Source: Klebsormidium nitens
Lineage: Eukaryota; Plantae; Klebsormidiophyceae
DNA length: 64,000 bases
Direction: 5' to 3'
Assembly (NCBI GenBank): GCA_000708835.1
Contig: DF237174.1
Coordinates: forward strand, 1 to 64,000
Made by a program: the position numbers and the translations under genes. This document shows, one piece after another, positions 11,557-23,288 of the stretch. Each line of letters begins with the position of its first letter. Positions within the stretch are counted from its first letter, which is position 1. The notes below the pieces were generated by a model, which saw only the letters and a list, made by a program, of their open reading frames with translations, made no database searches and was not told the DNA's origin.

Positions 11557-12484
11557 AGGGTACCGTCATTTTGTAACTGGTACCCCCCCATATTTAAATC
11601 GACCATTTTCGGAAGTTGCCCCTTGCCANNNNNNNNNNNNNNNNNNNNNNNNNNNNNNNNNNNNNNNNNNNNNNNNNNNNNNNNNNNNNNNNNNNNNNNN
11701 NNNNNNNNNNNNNNNNNNNNNNNNNNNNNNNNNNNNNNNNNNNNNNNNNNNNNNNNNNNNNNNNNNNNNNNNNNNNNNNNNNNNNNNNNNNNNNNNNNNN
11801 NNNNNNNNNNNNNNNNNNNNNNNNNNNNNNNNNNNNNNNNNNNNNNNNNNNNNNNNNNNNNNNNNNNNNNNNNNNNNNNNNNNNNNNNNNNNNNNNNNNN
11901 NNNNNNNNNNNNNNNNNNNNNNNNNNNNNNNNNNNNNNNNNNNNNNNNNNNNNNNNNNNNNNNNNNNNNNNNNNNNNNNNNNNNNNNNNNNNNNNNNNNN
12001 NNNNNNNNNNNNNNNNNNNNNNNNNNNNNNNNNNNNNNNNNNNNNNNNNNNNNNNNNNNNNNNNNNNNNNNNNNNNNNNNNNNNNNNNNNNNNNNNNNNN
12101 NNNNNNNNNNNNNNNNNNNNNNNNNNNNNNNNNNNNNNNNNNNNNNNNNNNNNNNNNNNNNNNNNNNNNNNNNNNNNNNNNNNNNNNNNNNNNNNNNNNN
12201 NNNNNNNNNNNNNNNNNNNNNNNNNNNNNNNNNNNNNNNNNNNNNNNNNNNNNNNNNNNNNNNNNNNNNNNNNNNNNNNNNNNNNNNNNNNNNNNNNNNN
12301 NNNNNNNNNNNNNNNNNNNNNNNNNNNNNNNNNNNNNNNNNNNNNNNNNNNNNNNNNNNNNNNNNNNNNNNNNNNNNNNNNNNNNNNNNNNNNNNNNNNN
12401 NNNNNNNNNNNNNNNNNNNNNNNNNNNNNNNNNNNNNNNNNACATAAATATGGGGGGGTACCAGGTACAAAATGACGGTACCCT
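11557..12484. mobile_element. Terminal-inverted-repeat element (MITE/DNA transposon; PIF/Harbinger-like ends possible) whose interior is an assembly gap
   Basis: 11557-11596 AGGGTACCGTCATTTTGTAACTGGTACCCCCCCATATTTA matches the reverse complement of 12445-12484 at 39/40. The flanks are CTA/TAA on the left and TTA on the right, so the target-site duplication is imperfect. Confidence 0.8.
11629..12441. other. Assembly gap (813 N)
   Basis: Run of N. Confidence 1.
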
Positions 12485-12832
12485 TTAAAAACCATTTCAC
12501 CGACCGCTTAACTTCAAAGATAGCAGCCTAGATTCATCTCAAGGACATTTTGCTACGTAGGTATTCCGAAGTCATTTCGAAGTTGCCCATTTTGCCTACT
12601 GAGTTACCATGCCATAGACCCGGTGACGAAACAAGTTTCGAACAAATTGATTCTGTCGCATATTCCCACCATTTAATATGGTATAACCGGCGGAGCCTTC
12701 TGCTGTCGAGCTTGGCCAGCCAGTGCAATTTCGAATTTCAGCTCGCTGCAACTCAGCAAATTTTGCAATTGCAGAGAAGAGCAATGCTGTGAACAGGTTA
12801 GGGGCGCTTTGTATTTTGCTGGAGAAGGAAAC

Positions 12833-15078
12833 ATGGCCACACGCTGCTGTCACACGCCTGTGCAGGCCAGCAGGCATGTCCTGTCAGGGGGTGCATCCAA
12901 TTGGCAGCTGGAAGAACATTATACGTCCTTCTTGCTTGCACGAGATGCCAAGAGGCTTGCCTCGAGCTTCCTCCCAATCAGCACGCCCGCGAGAAACCTC
13001 TCCTGTGCCTGCCCCAAGTCAGTAGGCAGCTTGTCCAATCCTAGGAACATTTCCCTGCGGTCAGCAAATGAGAGCTCGAATGGCCCAACCACGTCGCGTT
13101 CCATTTGGGAAAGTACTTTTGATGCACAAACTGTCATGAGCGATGCAGAGGACGATGACGTGCCCTCAGCAAGTGACCCAGCCAGCTCCTGGGAAGAACT
13201 CGAGCGGGACGAACTGGAAGCCGTCCTGAATGACGAAACCAACCCGGCGCACTGGCTCCGGGAATGGGCGGAGAACAAGGAGGAGGACATGCACGCAGCA
13301 GCAGACCTCGCCTACTCGGCCCTTTCGGAAAGCGCATGTTGCACGGGGACAAACCACTCCATGAGTTCCACGCTGGTCATGGGGCTTGCCATGGCAATTG
13401 GCTTAGCGGGGCTTGCAGGGCCAGCAGTAGCGGCTGAGGCTGGGAGTGTCGGCCAGCCGGCAATTGGGGCGTTGGGTGCGTTGTTTGCGGAGGAGCCGGC
13501 AAACGCGCTGTCCCTTCCAACGTGGATCATTCACGTGGCCAGTGTTGTTGAATGGTGAGCCCGTTGAAGAGCTCTCTGAAATGTACCGTCAATTGAAGCT
13601 GAGACACCCCGAGTCTGCTTTATAAATAAGGTGTCTTCCTTGAAACTATGTAGACTGGTCTTAAGTGCATGCTGATAGGGGCCGCTCCATGCGGCACAGT
13701 TGACGGCGCATGCGATACTTGTGGGGCCTCTCGCTCACATTCCTTCCCGATACTTCTGCCTCTCTAGTGACTGGGCAGGGAGGTTTCTAATCCTGCACTT
13801 CGTGATTTTGAAATTGCCACTGCTCAATGACCACAAGCTTTCGTGGACTGGTCTAGTATAAAGCCTACAGCTTGCAATACACTCCGTCCCAGGGTCACGG
13901 CAATTGCGCTGGTTTGGCGCTATGGGGACAGCGATGAGCCAGGCAGGAGGGCCTGGAAAGGCTTGGCCTGGGGCATGGTGAGTTTACTTGTTCTTGTTTT
14001 GGTTCTATTCTTTCCTTTCCTTTAGACTTCCTGCCACCTCCCTGACACCATTGAATTACCTGCGGGAAAAGTCCGTGCTTTCGAAGGAAGGGGCCAACTA
14101 TTGTACTCTGCAAGAAGCTGCAGCATGAAGTTGGAGCGCGGCAACTCATACTGGCCAGCGCTTGACACGACCAAAGGGTTGTATGCGTTGCATGTGCAGA
14201 TGGGAGGCTCTGGCCTGGCATGTGCGAATTGTGTGCAGTAAAAACCTTTCTTTCTGCCTTTTGTTTCGACTTTGGTCAATCATCTAAATTGCTGCCATGG
14301 TGGGGCCATCCCATGCATCAAAGAAACGTGAAGGGGGTCGACAAAACGCGGTTTCTCAAATCTCTCTTGTCTTCTTGAATGACATCAAGTACGGTGTTAG
14401 ATACACTTTCAATGGCTGATGTGATTTATCGACATGTAGGTCCCATTGCTTGCGGGCGCATTGTGCGCCTGCACGTGGCACTTCTTTTACAACGCTCCAT
14501 CTCTTGAGGTGAGTTCGGTCTGAGAGACGTGTCAAACTGCTCCGATTTTCTTGGGCATAGAGAAAATTACAGAGTCGGTATCAGTGCGGTTCAGACCTGC
14601 AGGTGCGTGTTCGATCCTCTGCTGAGCTACTTGGAATTTCGTCTATGACAGGAAAGACCAGGGACTCAGGTTTGGCTGGAAAGTACACTTGTCTTGCAAC
14701 TTCTTTTTTGTGGCGGGCGTTTTGGAGTTGCTTTGCTGTGAGTCCCCGTTTGACGCAGGCCAGCAATCAGTGTAGTACAAGCCGCTTGGTAGGGCATGAT
14801 TCCCAGATAGCTTCCAAATGTTCCAGTCAAACAGGTGCAGGCTGTGACACAGAGAGCCAAACAGTCCGTTCACAGGTTTGCATTGGGCGTGCATGGTCTG
14901 CGCCTTGACCAAAAAGGGCAGAGTCCATCATTGCAAACTTGGCTACCTTCTTACGGTATTGTTTGTCGAATTGTTGCAGATCATCGTCGCCCTTCAGGGC
15001 TTCTTCACGGTGCTCGGCAACTGCACGCTATGGTACGCTGCCTTTCGGATTTATCAGCGTGCACAGAAGACGGCTTGA
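12833..15078 (+). CDS. ycf49: Ycf49-like (DUF2499-type) membrane protein with a long N-terminal transit-like region; exons 12833-13554, 13893-13977, 14440-14508, 14980-15078
   Basis: Spliced translation ALSLPTWIIHVASVVEW|VTAIALVWRYG...WKGLAWGM|VPLLAGALCACTWHFFYNAPSLE|IIVALQGFFTVLGNCTLWYAAFRI. Introns are GT-AG with consistent phases. Confidence 0.92.
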
Positions 15079-16751
15079 ATAATGCAAAAGGTTCCTCTGG
15101 CAGGTCAGAACTGGGACAAGATCATGGTGGCGTTCACTGAGTCTGGTTTGGAGATCCATTTCTACGTGTTTTCAATTGACAGTCCTAAATTCTTTGAGTA
15201 TGTGCACGCTTGGTTTATAGAATGGTGTAGGAAAACTGCCAAAATGGTGCAGATTAGTACTAAAGGGTGTCATAGCAGGTCAAAACACTTTCTGCTTTGA
15301 GCTGGTCGAATTAGTCTAGTGTGGTAGACAAGAAGTGTCAGTGTTAAGTGCATCAGCAGTCGTGCAACTACTATCAGTCTCTTGTACGCAGAGCAGGTCA
15401 ACTTGTGTACAAAAGTTTTGCATTTTCGTGCAAAGTTACACACAAGTTAATGGACATGCCTTCAGTTTAGCTGCTCGACGACAGGAATGATCCCACCACA
15501 TGGCCCGGCCGGCGCAGTGATTTGGAGCTAGTCATGGTCAGTGCCAGTTTTCTAGTCATGGTCACGTCCAGGCTTACTGCATGGAATGATCCGACAGGCA
15601 GAGTCGCTTGCCTCAGTGGTGCATTGTTGAAAGACTACTTGTGCAAAAGTACCGGCTGTTGTTGAAGCTAGCCGCTAGTGTGAACAACATGACGGTGTGG
15701 CCGGGGCCCTAGTCACTAGCATGGCGGAATATGGGCCCATTGTGCAATTCACGGGCTTGCAGGCCGGCTTAACCGTCACAAGAGGTTCTGTCGTTCTGAC
15801 ACTTCAAAAAAATGTCCAGATTGTTGTTGCTACGTTCTCTTTTTAACATAGCCCATGAAGCTCCTGGTTGCCTGGCAATCGTATAAAGCCGGAAACAGTT
15901 CAATGGGCGCGCCTTCGACCCTTATAAACCATTATGGTAGTCCGCGCGCCAGTTATTAATCAACGGGCCAGCATGCATGTTTCGCGACTTTGATGCCATG
16001 ATGTGGATGACATTCTGAACTTTCGATGATGCAATTGATGACAATACTAGGGTGAGGCGAAAACAATGATGGAACGAGACAAGTCTGCATACGAGGACTG
16101 AAAGCTACAACCTTCACTTCCGAGTCTACCTACGAGAAGCAAGGAGTGTGCTTCATTGCGTAGAGTCGCTTTGTCGCTGGACCCTGGCGCCTGTTGGGGA
16201 CAGTCCTTGTCTAGGCGACAAAAGGTGAAAATAGTGTACGTACATTCTAGAAGCGGCTGCAGGCTGTACCCCTTACCCTATGTGCAACGGGTCCTGGCTT
16301 TCAAAACCAACCACAGTGCCTAACTCTCGCATAGCCCAAAATTTTCGGGGTCTTTGATCAAGGGATGAATCAGGGTCAACACTTTGCTGACTTTCACACG
16401 GCAACCAGGCTGCGTACTCGTCGTGCAAAAACGTGTTGGGCTCTGCCGTCGTAGAACAAAGTGACGACGTACCAAAGCTGCCGCAGCTTTGAGCTTTGAA
16501 GGACAGTTGCTTGTGCGGCAATCCTCAGCAGACCACATATAAGTTTCGCCCTCTCAGATCTGGCGTCCCTGGCGGATATACCGTCCTCTTCGAGTCACAA
16601 AGAGCGAGATGCAAAAACGGCCACCGACTCCGCCCCCGAGTGCTTGTTAAGCTTGACGGCGGCGCACCATTGGAACCGCCAAGCCAGCACAACAGTGATT
16701 GCCATCTTGATCTGCAGACGGCATGCTGACGTCACAAGCCCGTCCCCATGC

Positions 16752-19700
16752 TCACGTCACAGACCCGTCCCCAGCTTTCCTCCACAAGAGCTTGGCGCAA
16801 GCCAAGTCCTCCAGTGCGAGCCCGACCGACTTGAACAGCGTGATCTCGTTGGGCGATCGACGCCCCGGATGCGCGCCACGTGTCAGCATCGCCAGGTCTG
16901 CGACGAAGCTGGTGTCGTCGATGACTCCAGCTCGGTACGGGATCATGACGTCACCCCCTTCGGCGCGCAGGGCGTCGAAGCGGTCGGCAAAGATGGTCGA
17001 GCGGCGGACGGCCTGGAGGAAGACGGAATAAACATTTCAGAAATTATTGTTCTGCTTGATGCGGGGCGCTTAGTCGCATTCTCGAGAAAGCAGTATGGCT
17101 TGATTGGAAGTGCGGAACTAGAAATGAGGAATGAGGAGGAAAAGTAGACCGTATGGTCGCTGCGTTCCGATCGGACACAGAAGTGTCTCTCCTGTTGTAA
17201 AACCCCAATGAAGTAGGCAAAACGAAGAGCGAGTAGAAGTCGACACGTATTTGTTGTAAACAGGTCCTTCGTACAGTTTCTGGATGGAGGCAATGCTTCA
17301 AGCTCAATCGGAGCCTTCGGAGCAAAGATCTGATCCAGATTTGTGGGAGTACCCACGACTAGCGACGCAGCATCACCTGTTGATCAAAAAGCGCTTCCGC
17401 TTACGAGCAGCTGGTTTTCAAGACAGTCGACCGAGAAATCTTGGCAAAGATTTGAAAAGAAAAGACACTCTGCTCGCTGACAGGTTGTAACGGACAACTG
17501 TCTGTGACCCGCTCACCTCGTCGTCCGTCTCCCGCATGTCGAGTGTGAATGCGCCCACCAGGTCGAGGTGCGCTCCCGGCTTGAGCCACGCGCCCAGTGT
17601 GATGGGCTCCTGCAAAAGCAACGTCGGGGTGACGTCAGCGTCTCGGCAATTGGCAGCTTCAAACATCCGGAATAGCAGATCCGGACGACACAAGCAGCAG
17701 TCAATTCCCTGGCTTTGGTCTTCTGGGCAATGCAAGGTACCTTGACACGTTCGTAGAATACCAAGCTTCTGGTTTTTGGTGAGGCTAAAATTGGGCCGTA
17801 ATGGTCGCGAAGCGTCTAGAACTTTTTTCTCGACTGCCACGCTGCATGAGGGCGCCACTCCGTTAGAGATCGTCATACAACGTCAACATTCGACACACGT
17901 TTGTAGCCCGTTCTCCTGAGCTCCTAGTCTGAAAAGTACCGACGGAAGCTCGGATACAACCTCGAATGCGAAGCAGAGACTCCTTCCTTCTCTTGCGTAT
18001 CAGTTTCCCTACGACATCTGCAGCGAAATCTATCGCACCTCAATTCTCTGTACGCTTACCTTTGACAGGGTCGCCGTCGAGATGACGTCCGCTTCTCGAG
18101 CAGCCGCCTCAAGGTCCGACGCAACTGACACGCCAACGCCTTCCAGAAACGGGTCCGAGCTAAGGCTGCTTGCAAGCGTTTCCGCCCGACTTCGGGACCG
18201 GTTCCAAATGTTGACCCGGGTGATGCTGGGCCGAACAGTGAGGTGCGCGCGGATCAGGAAAGGGGCGAGGGCGCCGGCGCCGACCATCAGAAGTTGAGTG
18301 GAGTCTGTACGAGCTAAAAATCTGCATCAACAAAGGAGATGGCAATCACTCTCTTCACGTTTATGCTGTTTTTCTCCTCTGGTTCTTGTTTGGGTCGCAG
18401 GCAAAATGATGGCAGGTATGCTCTCATGACTTGCCTATGGGATACGAAGAGCTTGGCGACGTGTAAGGATCACGATGACGTCGAAAGATCGACATGGGGG
18501 ACCTGATGAAAAAAAGGCCGACGAAGAGTCAATGGGAGATTCCGACGAGCTTTTGCTTTCGCTCGTAAGGCTCGATGAGCGACAGAGCTCGAGCTGCGCG
18601 GCGTGACGTCAGTAGACTCTCCGGTGACAAATGAATCTTGAAAAGTGCAGAAAGAGATGGGGATGGGAAAACTTCGATGACATCATGAAGCAACGGCTTG
18701 GTGCTCTCGATTATGCTGGTTTCCTGCCATCAGAGATTCGGTTTGTTGGCTGTTAATCAGGGAGAGTGTTCGCTGGCTGCTCTCCAATGATCAGTCGTCG
18801 ACGCCGATTCCATTCTCTGTTGCAGTTGAAGACAGCGACCTGAGAGGGTGATACGATTGAAACAATGGACAACATCAAGATCTCGAGTGGGTCCAAAAAG
18901 GGTACAAAACAGCCCGGGTACGGAATCGCGACTGAGAAGGAAGCGTGCTGAGATTTCTAGTCGGACTCTATAGGGAGGAAGGGAGCCAAACCTAAGACGG
19001 ATAACGAGAAACAAAGGGAAGTAACTTCGAGAACGGAAACGAGAGGGAAGCTGATCATACTTGGTGAGACTGAGATGCAGCCATACAAAGCGCGCCTAAT
19101 CTTCAGGTGCAGAAAATAGAAGAAGTCTAGACCGGAAAGCGACATGAAGAAGCCCGTCTGAAGTTTGAACTGCAGGCAAGGAAGCAGGATAGTGACTATG
19201 AACCCGTTGTCGAGTCAGAAGTGAAGCGGGAGTGAGATGTATAGAGAGGAGTTAGACGAACCTGGCAGCGAGGGCGGATGTGCAAGCAGTGCGCCAGAGA
19301 GTAATTGCAGTCCCGTCCATGCAAGCCAGGGGCTGTCCGGTGTTGCCTGAAAGGAGCAAGTAACTGGCCGCGATTGCTGATAGGCCATTCTTGGAGTTGT
19401 CAGGGAAGACTGTCACTGTTTTGACGCCAATGAAGGACTCATTGCCTGGCCAGAGAGTGGAGGAAGGATTGAGTGTCAAGCTAAGGACTGCAGTGCCTGG
19501 TGTGAGAATTCGTCCGGTCACAAGAAGGGCAACTCAAGCGATTATGAAATCATGGTTCTTGCAGGAGTGGCGTTCCTGTAGATGCATTTAGTGCATATGT
19601 CTGAAATGCTCTCAGGCTTCCAAACATTCGTCGCAATCTGCCATCAATTGAGGCCATAGGGGCTATGTTGTGCTTGAAAGTTTGCACAATAAATAGGCCA

Positions 19701-20531
19701 CAACGGTCCGCCGTAGGATCTTTTGTGGTGACAGAGTTTCCTACTGGCCTAACATGAATGACAACCCTCAGGTTCAAAAACAGAGATAGAAACAATTTCA
19801 AGGAGAAAGACACAAGACCTTGTGTTATAAAATCCGGCCCAGCAAAGGCTGTTCATCAATCCTTTTAGTATGATGACCTTTTGAGGAGCACAAAACTGAA
19901 TCGCATCACAATTCAGCATATGGGACCATGCCCCAGCCACCAGGCTGGAGCAAGCAGGACAATTACAGTGACCTGTCTTGATGGTGGCCTTCAGAAGTAC
20001 TAAGATAAATGAGGGTCTGGACAGAGGGAAACGGGACTAGAAGGAAAGTTGCAAAAAGGGCGACTATGTTGCGATAGGAGAGGAACATACATTCTAAAAC
20101 AGCTTGCTGGCAACACATCGTTTGTGACTTCCATCAATTATCGCTGTGCGCCAGCGAAGTATTGCTATTAAACTACCCTGTCTGACTTCATAACGTTTAA
20201 CTTTAAGCTGGGGGCAGAAGACCAGGTCTGAAATCCATCACTGAAAAGATTGGAAGCTTGGCTCAAAAGAATCCCAGACCCCTCATGGCACAACTCAGAT
20301 ATTATTGCACAACTGTAGCGACTAACCTGACGGGTTGTCCCATGCTTGGTCCCATGCTGGCATCAAAAGGAGGGCCCTTTCCCCCCCTGTTTCCAACCCT
20401 TCTGGAAGCTTGTAATGCTGTCGTCCGGGAGCCTCGACACCATGCTCGCTGGCAAATGCTTCATTAAGTGCATTGATCAATGCATCATAGTCCAGAAGGC
20501 CATCAATGTCTCTCTTCGAGAAGACCTTCAT
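16752..20531 (-). CDS. SARD4: Ornithine cyclodeaminase/mu-crystallin family, SARD4-like (P2C reductase-like), 5 exons
   Basis: Exons encode LLLMPAW; FIGVKTVTVFPDNS...MDGTAITLWRTACTSALAAR; FLARTDSTQLLMVGAGALAPFLIRAH..WNRS..ADVISTAT; LKPGAHLDLVGAFTLDMRETDDE; and ITLFKSVGLALEDL. These are collinear with plant SARD4. Confidence 0.92.
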
Positions 20532-21065
20532 GTCAGAACCAGCAAAAGAAGCAACCAGGACTCGTCGGCATGATGCTTGTGATGTGCTGCTTGTTTGGAA
20601 GGCTGTCTTGTGATTTATGCTGCAGCTAAGCTGGACGCTAGCGGCTAGGAACTAGGTTGGGCATTTAAAGGTCTGATCTGGTTTCAGGAATCAGGTGCCC
20701 AGGCGGCGCGCGGCAGACCGCCGATGCAAAACTGGACGGTTTACAACGTACATGCAGCCCACTGACAGTGAAGCTTCGATTTGACTTCAATGGTCCGCCC
20801 GATCACGCGATCGGACGTACGGACCACTAGTGACAAACCCGAAAGGGAAAGGAGAAACCCTGCATGAGGCGTCGGCCGGCCGCGACTGAGTCTAAGCGCG
20901 CGGCGGCGCGGGCCCGCGCCGGCCGTGGATCGTCGCGCGATGTTGCCCGCACGCACTAGCTGTTCTGTTGCAAATCTGCAAACAAAAAACAGAATTTGTT
21001 TTCATCCCTTGCAACAAGAATATCACATGCAGATGATCATCTAGCATTATCTGGGAAAAAGCTGA

Positions 21066-21938
21066 ATGGCACCTCCTTGGGAAACTCTGAAGAAGTTGGC
21101 GCTCGGGTCTGCTCTTTTGTTTGCAGCTACAAGAATCGGGACACTTGCTGGTAGAACGGTAGTGAGGATTGCCTCAGAGGCTTTCACCGAAAAGTACCTC
21201 CGGGGGCGCACGCTTGAGCTGGTGGAAGCTGGGACGTTTCAACTGCGATTTGTAGAGCCTACTCGAGCCAGTGACGTCAGACGAAGCACTACTCCTGGTA
21301 GGTTTTCCAGAAAAGGAGCCTGCTGTGGACCTCAAAGAGAGATCTCCTGCAAGATCCGGTGAGACAGCGCAGTTCAAGCTTACGGGTCAACGAGTCCCTG
21401 ATGATCTTGTTTCCTGTACTTTGGAATTGGGGTTTAAATTGCCGAGTCACCATCTCTGATCCACTGTATCGTTTGTAAGACCTGAGTCATGAAAGCGAGA
21501 GTCTATCAGGCTGTTCAACTTCTGGGAAACCATGTCTCAGTTTCTGAAGATTCGAGATGCTTCCGTCAAATGGCCAGGCTCAAAGTGTAGGCTACCTTCA
21601 ACCTACGTAGTAATGAAACCGAAGCTCACATGTGCTCCAACTTAGAAACCGTTTACATCTGCTCAAGACTCGAACGGCCTATGCCCGTACGTCCTATGCA
21701 GGTGGAGTCGTACTTAATAAAGCCAGGGGACACATTGTTCAGCATTGCACGAAAAGAAAACGTCAATCTATTGGAGCTTGCGGCAGCCAACGGAATCCAT
21801 ATCCAGCCAAGTCAGGCAATGGTTCACATAGAGTTTGGGCAGAGGCTATGGTTGCCAAAGCGCGCAGGAGTTGGTGAAGGTTTGATTGGTGGCCCCCTTC
21901 CGGATACTAGGCCGGCCAAGGAACAATTTAGGGCTTGA
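21066..21938 (+). CDS. LysM-domain protein with an N-terminal hydrophobic segment; internal exon structure unresolved
   Basis: The last exon (from 21702) reads YLIKPGDTLFSIARKENVNLLELAAANGI...IEFGQRLWLP, a canonical LysM motif. The N-terminus is MAPPWETLKKLALGSALLFAATRIG. Confidence 0.75.
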
Positions 21939-23288
21939 GCAGGCGCAATCAAGCTAACGGCATCTGCAGGGGTCTGTTTTGGAGCTGGGATACATGCATG
22001 ATTGCAGGTGAACGCTTCGAGACAGTAGGGCCAGCACAGATCCGGCAGGAAACTGGCCTTCCAGGGAAAAGTTGACATATCGCCTGTCTACCTGGACTTC
22101 AGAATCAAAGGGCCCAGTGAAAAGCGAAAAAGCCCACATATGAAGAGGGTATTCAAGTGCGGCCGGGAAGGATTACTTTCATATCTGTGCACTTTTCACA
22201 TGCTGGCGATAAGATGTAATGTATGGTAGCATCCCGTTGTGATGATCTGCGACACATGCAGATATGGTCGTAACCACTGTGTTCATGTAATCGGTCATGC
22301 AACTGGTTTGGTGGTTATGTTAAAAACAAGGTTATGCAGAACTTAGGGATGCAAGTCCCCTCTGGCATGGTACGCGGCGTCCACTGAAGTAAATAGTCCT
22401 CCAAAAGGTTGGCGTGAAGATGATTAGTACGACTTAAACGTAGCAGCTTGGTCCCATCATTTCGCGTCAAGGTCCGCACGTTACCATCAAAGAAGGGGCC
22501 ACGGTATATCGTACTGCACTAACCGTGCGCGGACGGTCGCGAGCATTAAGGACTCGCAATCCGCGTCGCGATCAGAGACCCTCAAATCACAGCACGAAGC
22601 ACTCCAAGCGTTTTCCATGCCGGCATATGGATTATGATCATGCGTGGAACCGCACACAATCAATGCAATGATCATGCAAGACCACAGCGCAAGCGCCCGA
22701 TCGCTACCTGGCCGGGCCGAGATCATAGCTAATGATAGGCGATACCATCTGAATGCAGGTATATAAAGTTGCCAAACTTCCGCAGATCAAGGCGGTAAAA
22801 CTTGTAAACTCACCATTATTGGCCGTGAAACATTTTCGAACATGGTGCCACGAAGTGAACTTGGACAAACGTTGTAAAAGGAGAGTTCCAATGCGATCAA
22901 TGTCGTTGTCCCCTAAGCAACAGCTAGTCCCGGACATACCGGCTAAATTATTCACAAATTTTTGACGCAGAACATAAGAATCAATGCCATTGACTACTAC
23001 CTACAGCACACAATAGCGTCCTACAAAGAATGGCCTCCTAGCTTACTTAGTCTGAAGAAAGATCTAATAACGGGCTCTCAGAGCACTAGTGTTCCCCCAC
23101 TATCAACAATCATCGTGTTCCTGGTAACATACATTCGTCGACATTTTATAGATCCATTTAATGCACAGTGCACTTTACATGGCCGCTTATCCGACCAGAA
23201 AATGAACGCCTAATAACCCCTTTCGTCACTACTCCATCCCCTCGTCCCCCAGTAGGGAAAGCGTCACGTCAATTCGACCCATCTTATT

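Noticed and set aside
11367-12500. Long ORFs of 274-377 aa in the ORF track
   Set aside because: They are artefacts of translating the N gap.
16644-17147. Plus-strand ORFs over the SARD4 3' exon (similarly 5958-6518 and 31627-32310 over other genes)
   Set aside because: They are antisense shadows of real exons.
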